A stretch of 64,000 nucleotides of DNA from Alphaproteobacteria bacterium (lineage in GTDB: Bacteria; Pseudomonadota; Alphaproteobacteria; SP197). The notes under the pieces are model-generated. The model was given only the letters and a program-made list of their open reading frames with translations. It was not told where the DNA came from and did not search any database. Position numbers and translations under genes: made by a program. Positions within the stretch are counted from its first letter, which is position 1. Every line of letters begins with the position of its first letter. The stretch covers positions 3,104,001-3,168,000 of the forward strand of contig OZ219747.1 of the NCBI GenBank assembly GCA_964291265.2, given 5' to 3'. Shown one piece after another: positions 60,767 through 64,000 of the stretch.

Positions 60767-61557
60767 CGGCGACAACGATCGATCTGGCGCAAGCCGCCGC
60801 CGTCGCGCGCCGCGCGGCCGAGGCGCCATCGTCGCGTCTTCTCGGGATTGCACGGTCAGGTTCCTTCAGAACGTCGTTCAAGAACGACGGCAGTCCGCAG
60901 ACGTCGGCCGATACCATGGCTGAACGCCTGGTGCGCCAGGCACTTCAGGCAGACGCCTATCCGGCCGGAGCAGCCGTTCTCGGGGAGGAGGAGGGCGAGA
61001 CGGGGGAGGGCTCCATGTGGCGCTGGATCGTCGATCCCATTGACGGCACCATGGCCTTCTCCCGCGACATTCCCGTCTGGGGCACTCTGGTGGCGCTGCA
61101 GCATGTCGAGACCGAACGTGTGATGGCGGGCGCCATCAGGCTCCCGGGCACGGATGAGACCTTCTGGGCCTGGCAGGGGGGTGGCGCCTGGCGGAACGGT
61201 GAGCGCATCCATGTTTCCGCCACCACGGAACTCTCCCGGTCAACGGTGGCCGCGGGCCTCCTCGGGCAGTTCCGGACGAGTGGCGTCGAGCACCTTGTCG
61301 GGGCCCTTGCGGATGCGGTTGGCGACCTGCGCATCTTCGGTGACGTCTTTGCCCATGTCGCGGCGGCACGCGGCGCCGTCGATGCCGTCGTCGATCCCGA
61401 TCTTTCCTTGTGGGACTTCGCCGCATCCCGCATCCTCATCGAGGAGGCTGGCGGCACCGTTCTCGTGCGCCACACGGGTCGTGGGCGGGGACACGACGTT
61501 CTGCTTGGCGCGCCGGCGGTCGTTGACCGACTTGCGTTATTGCTTGAGTTCCAATGA
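60763..61557 (+). CDS. Inositol monophosphatase / HisN-like phosphatase
   Basis: KNDGSPQT.AD, LGEE, WIVDPIDGT, WDFAA...IEEAGG. Confidence 0.9.
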   Translation: MTATTIDLAQAAAVARRAAEAPSSRLLGIARSGSFRTSFKNDGSPQTSADTMAERLVRQALQADAYPAGAAVLGEEEGETGEGSMWRWIVDPIDGTMAFSRDIPVWGTLVALQHVETERVMAGAIRLPGTDETFWAWQGGGAWRNGERIHVSATTELSRSTVAAGLLGQFRTSGVEHLVGALADAVGDLRIFGDVFAHVAAARGAVDAVVDPDLSLWDFAASRILIEEAGGTVLVRHTGRGRGHDVLLGAPAVVDRLALLLEFQ

Positions 61558-62270
61558 GGACGGGTTCATTGAAGAGCGACGAAAGAAGCAAACGGATCGG
61601 CGAAGCCGTCAACAGGGCCTTCTCGCAGGAGCGACGCGGCCGACCCTCGGCGAGGACTCTCCTCCTTGTCGTCGGGGTGCTTGTCGTAGCCTTTGCCCTG
61701 CGTGAAACCGGACTCATCGGGGACACGCACAAGGTCAACACCACGGTGACCGGCGACGTGGTCGCCATGGTGGAGGGTCTGCCGCAGGTCAATCGGCTCG
61801 GCGACCCCGATGGCGCGACCGTTCTCTTCGTTTTTTCCGACTATCTCTGCAGCCACTGCCGTCGCCTGGCTCCGGCCATCGACGATTTCCTGGAGGCCAA
61901 CCCGCGGACCCGGGTGGCCGTCATCGATCTTCCCGGCGAAGCCGGGCAGTCGGTGAGGGCGGCGCGCCATGCCCTTGCCGCCGGACTTCAGGGAGCGTGG
62001 CCTTCCTACCACCGGGCCCTCATGTATGCCGCGGTTCCGCTGGATGACGCCGGTCTTGCCGGACTCGGCGAGGCTCTTGGACTCGATTCCGGCCGACTGT
62101 CCGCCGACGCCGGTTCTCAGACCATCGCCGACGCTCTTGCCGCCAACCGCGAACTCGCATTGGAACTGGGCATAGAGGACGTGCCGACCATTGTCATCGG
62201 GGACCAGATGATTGTCGGCTTCGTCGATTCATCTAGTCTCAAGGATCTTGTCGCCATGCATGCGCGGTGA
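61554..62270 (+). CDS. DsbA/ScsC-like thioredoxin-fold protein with N-terminal TM helix
   Basis: FSDYLCSHC (CxxC), LGIEDVPT. Confidence 0.82.
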   Translation: MRTGSLKSDERSKRIGEAVNRAFSQERRGRPSARTLLLVVGVLVVAFALRETGLIGDTHKVNTTVTGDVVAMVEGLPQVNRLGDPDGATVLFVFSDYLCSHCRRLAPAIDDFLEANPRTRVAVIDLPGEAGQSVRAARHALAAGLQGAWPSYHRALMYAAVPLDDAGLAGLGEALGLDSGRLSADAGSQTIADALAANRELALELGIEDVPTIVIGDQMIVGFVDSSSLKDLVAMHAR

Positions 62271-62314
62271 TGACGGCTCGACCGACACCGTGCAGGAAGG
62301 AACGTGACGTCGCC

Positions 62315-63028
62315 ATGCAGAACATTGTTGTTGCAGCTGCTCTCCTGTTCACGTTGACGCCCGTGATGGCGGAAGATCAGTCGATGACCAGGACCGAGAT
62401 CGAGGCGATCATCGATGACTACCTCGTCCGCAATCCGGAGGTCGTCATCCGGGCCCTGGAAGCGTGGGAGAGTCTGCGCGAGGAACGCGAAGCGGATGCG
62501 GCGAGGCAGGCCATCGCCCGCTTTGACGACGACATTCATCGCGACCCCGAGACACCCTGGGGAGGTGATCCGGAGGGTGAGATCGTGATCGTCGAGTTCT
62601 TCGACTACCAGTGCGGCTATTGCCGTATGAGTGCACCTGGTCTCTTCGCTGTCAGGGACACGGTTCCGGGCGTCAAGGTGATCTACAAGGAGTTTCCGAT
62701 TCTGGGAGAAGGTTCCGTTCGTGCCGCCAAGGCGGCCCTGGCGGCCCGTGAGCAGGGCCTCTACGAGGCCTACCATGAGGCCCTCATGGAGGAGGAGGTG
62801 GACCACAGCGACGCCGGTCTCATGGCGTTGGCGCAATCGGTGGGCCTCGACATCGAACGCCTGAGCACCGACATGAACGACCCTGCCATCGAAGACTATC
62901 TCGAACGGACCCATCAGCTCGCCAGAGCCATTGGCATCAACGGAACACCGGCGTTCATCATCAACGGCGATCTCTACCCCGGCGCCATCAGGCCCGGGGA
63001 CTTCGGGACCATTCTCGGCATCGAATAG
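62315..63028 (+). CDS. DsbA/ScsC-like periplasmic disulfide oxidoreductase
   Basis: Signal peptide, YLVRNPEV, EFFDYQCGYC, KEFPILG, GINGTPAF. Confidence 0.9.
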   Translation: MQNIVVAAALLFTLTPVMAEDQSMTRTEIEAIIDDYLVRNPEVVIRALEAWESLREEREADAARQAIARFDDDIHRDPETPWGGDPEGEIVIVEFFDYQCGYCRMSAPGLFAVRDTVPGVKVIYKEFPILGEGSVRAAKAALAAREQGLYEAYHEALMEEEVDHSDAGLMALAQSVGLDIERLSTDMNDPAIEDYLERTHQLARAIGINGTPAFIINGDLYPGAIRPGDFGTILGIE

Positions 63029-63078
63029 GTTCTGCCCGTGGTGCTCGCCGCATGAAGGGGCTGCATGATCTCCAGGTG

Positions 63079-64000
63079 ATGGCACCCGGCTCAGAACCAG
63101 GCGGGTTGCCTTCGACATCCTTGCCGGGAGCCATCGACCGGTGGTTCATGGCCCGCGGCTGGCAACCTCGCCGTCATCAACTGGACACCCTTGACGCGGT
63201 GACACGGGGTCACTCATGCCTCGTCATCGCGCCAACCGGCGGCGGCAAGACCATCGCAGGATTCCTGTATTCCCTGGTCGAACTTGCTTCCTGCGAGGGT
63301 CACGGACTTCACACGCTCTACGTGGCGCCGCTCAAGGCACTTTGTGTCGACATGGCACGCAACCTCGACGCCTTCATCGACGAAACCGGCATCGCCGCGA
63401 GAATCGAGACCCGTACCGGCGATACACCGCAGGCACGCCGCCGCCGCCAGCGCATCGATCCGCCCGACATCCTGCTCACTACACCCGAATCCGTTGCCCT
63501 GCTGGCTTCCTGGCCGGAAGCGGGCAGCATTTTCGGTCATCTCCGGGTCGTCATTGTTGATGAAATCCACGAGCTGGCCGGAACAAAGCGGGGCGACCAG
63601 CTGGCGCTCGCCTTGACGCGTCTTTCAGCGCTCTCTCCGGGCCATCGCCGTATCGGTCTTTCCGCCACCGTGGCCGAACCGGCGAGGCTCGGGAACTATC
63701 TCGATGAAGGCGCCGGTGTCTCGGTCATCAGGGCCGATGGTGGGGCGCCGCCGGACATCGCCATCGTGATGACCGGGAACCGCACCCCGCTTGCCGGCCA
63801 TACCGCACGGCATGCCGTTCCGGACGTCTATCGTGCGATCCGTGACGTCGGAACCGCGCTTGTCTTCGTCAACACGCGCAGTCAGGCCGAACGGATGTTC
63901 CAGGATCTCTGGGAAATCAATGACGACAACCTGGGCATCGCCTTGCACCACGGCTCCCTCGCCCGCGAGCAAAGGCTGAGAGTCGAGTCGGCGATGGCCG
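63079..64000 (+). CDS. Lhr-like / ligase-associated DNA damage response DEXH helicase, 5' part; runs off the window edge
   Basis: Not in the ORF track. Manual translation gives WFMARGWQPRRHQL, APTGGGKT, YVAPLKAL, RTGDT, LTTPES, IVDEIH, GLSAT, FVNTRSQAE, HHGSL. Confidence 0.9.
   Translation, partial: MAPGSEPGGLPSTSLPGAIDRWFMARGWQPRRHQLDTLDAVTRGHSCLVIAPTGGGKTIAGFLYSLVELASCEGHGLHTLYVAPLKALCVDMARNLDAFIDETGIAARIETRTGDTPQARRRRQRIDPPDILLTTPESVALLASWPEAGSIFGHLRVVIVDEIHELAGTKRGDQLALALTRLSALSPGHRRIGLSATVAEPARLGNYLDEGAGVSVIRADGGAPPDIAIVMTGNRTPLAGHTARHAVPDVYRAIRDVGTALVFVNTRSQAERMFQDLWEINDDNLGIALHHGSLAREQRLRVESAMA

Overview
High-GC alphaproteobacterial chromosome segment; the gene content resembles marine host-associated (e.g. 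sponge) symbionts, which is an inference. The left part is a conserved core block (udg-family gene, folK, rpoZ, spoT, lepB, rnc, era, recO, parC) followed by Co-type nitrile hydratase alpha and beta genes. The main find is a ~1,783-aa fibronectin-III/Calx-beta autotransporter gene, join(10804..13382,15159..17931). It is interrupted by a 1,776-bp insertion made of two closely related 888-nt ORF-less group II introns. The inner intron (14164-15051) sits inside domain VI of the outer one (13383-14163 + 15052-15158). Removing both restores the reading frame exactly, and the two copies differ at their putative EBS1/EBS2 sequences so that each matches its own insertion site. The same gene has a poly-C(11) tract near its 5' end. 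An AAA-ATPase/PD-(D/E)XK gene is bracketed by ~180-bp long direct repeats plus a 12-bp outer direct repeat. The rest is TRAP and ABC transport, methylated-amine, acyl-CoA and oxygenase catabolic genes, hemB, two DsbA-like genes, a DEXH helicase, and decayed remnants of a toxin-antitoxin pair and a [2Fe-2S] subunit. No rRNA, tRNA, CRISPR array, reverse transcriptase or transposase was recognised. All calls are by-eye motif recognition; no database searches were run.
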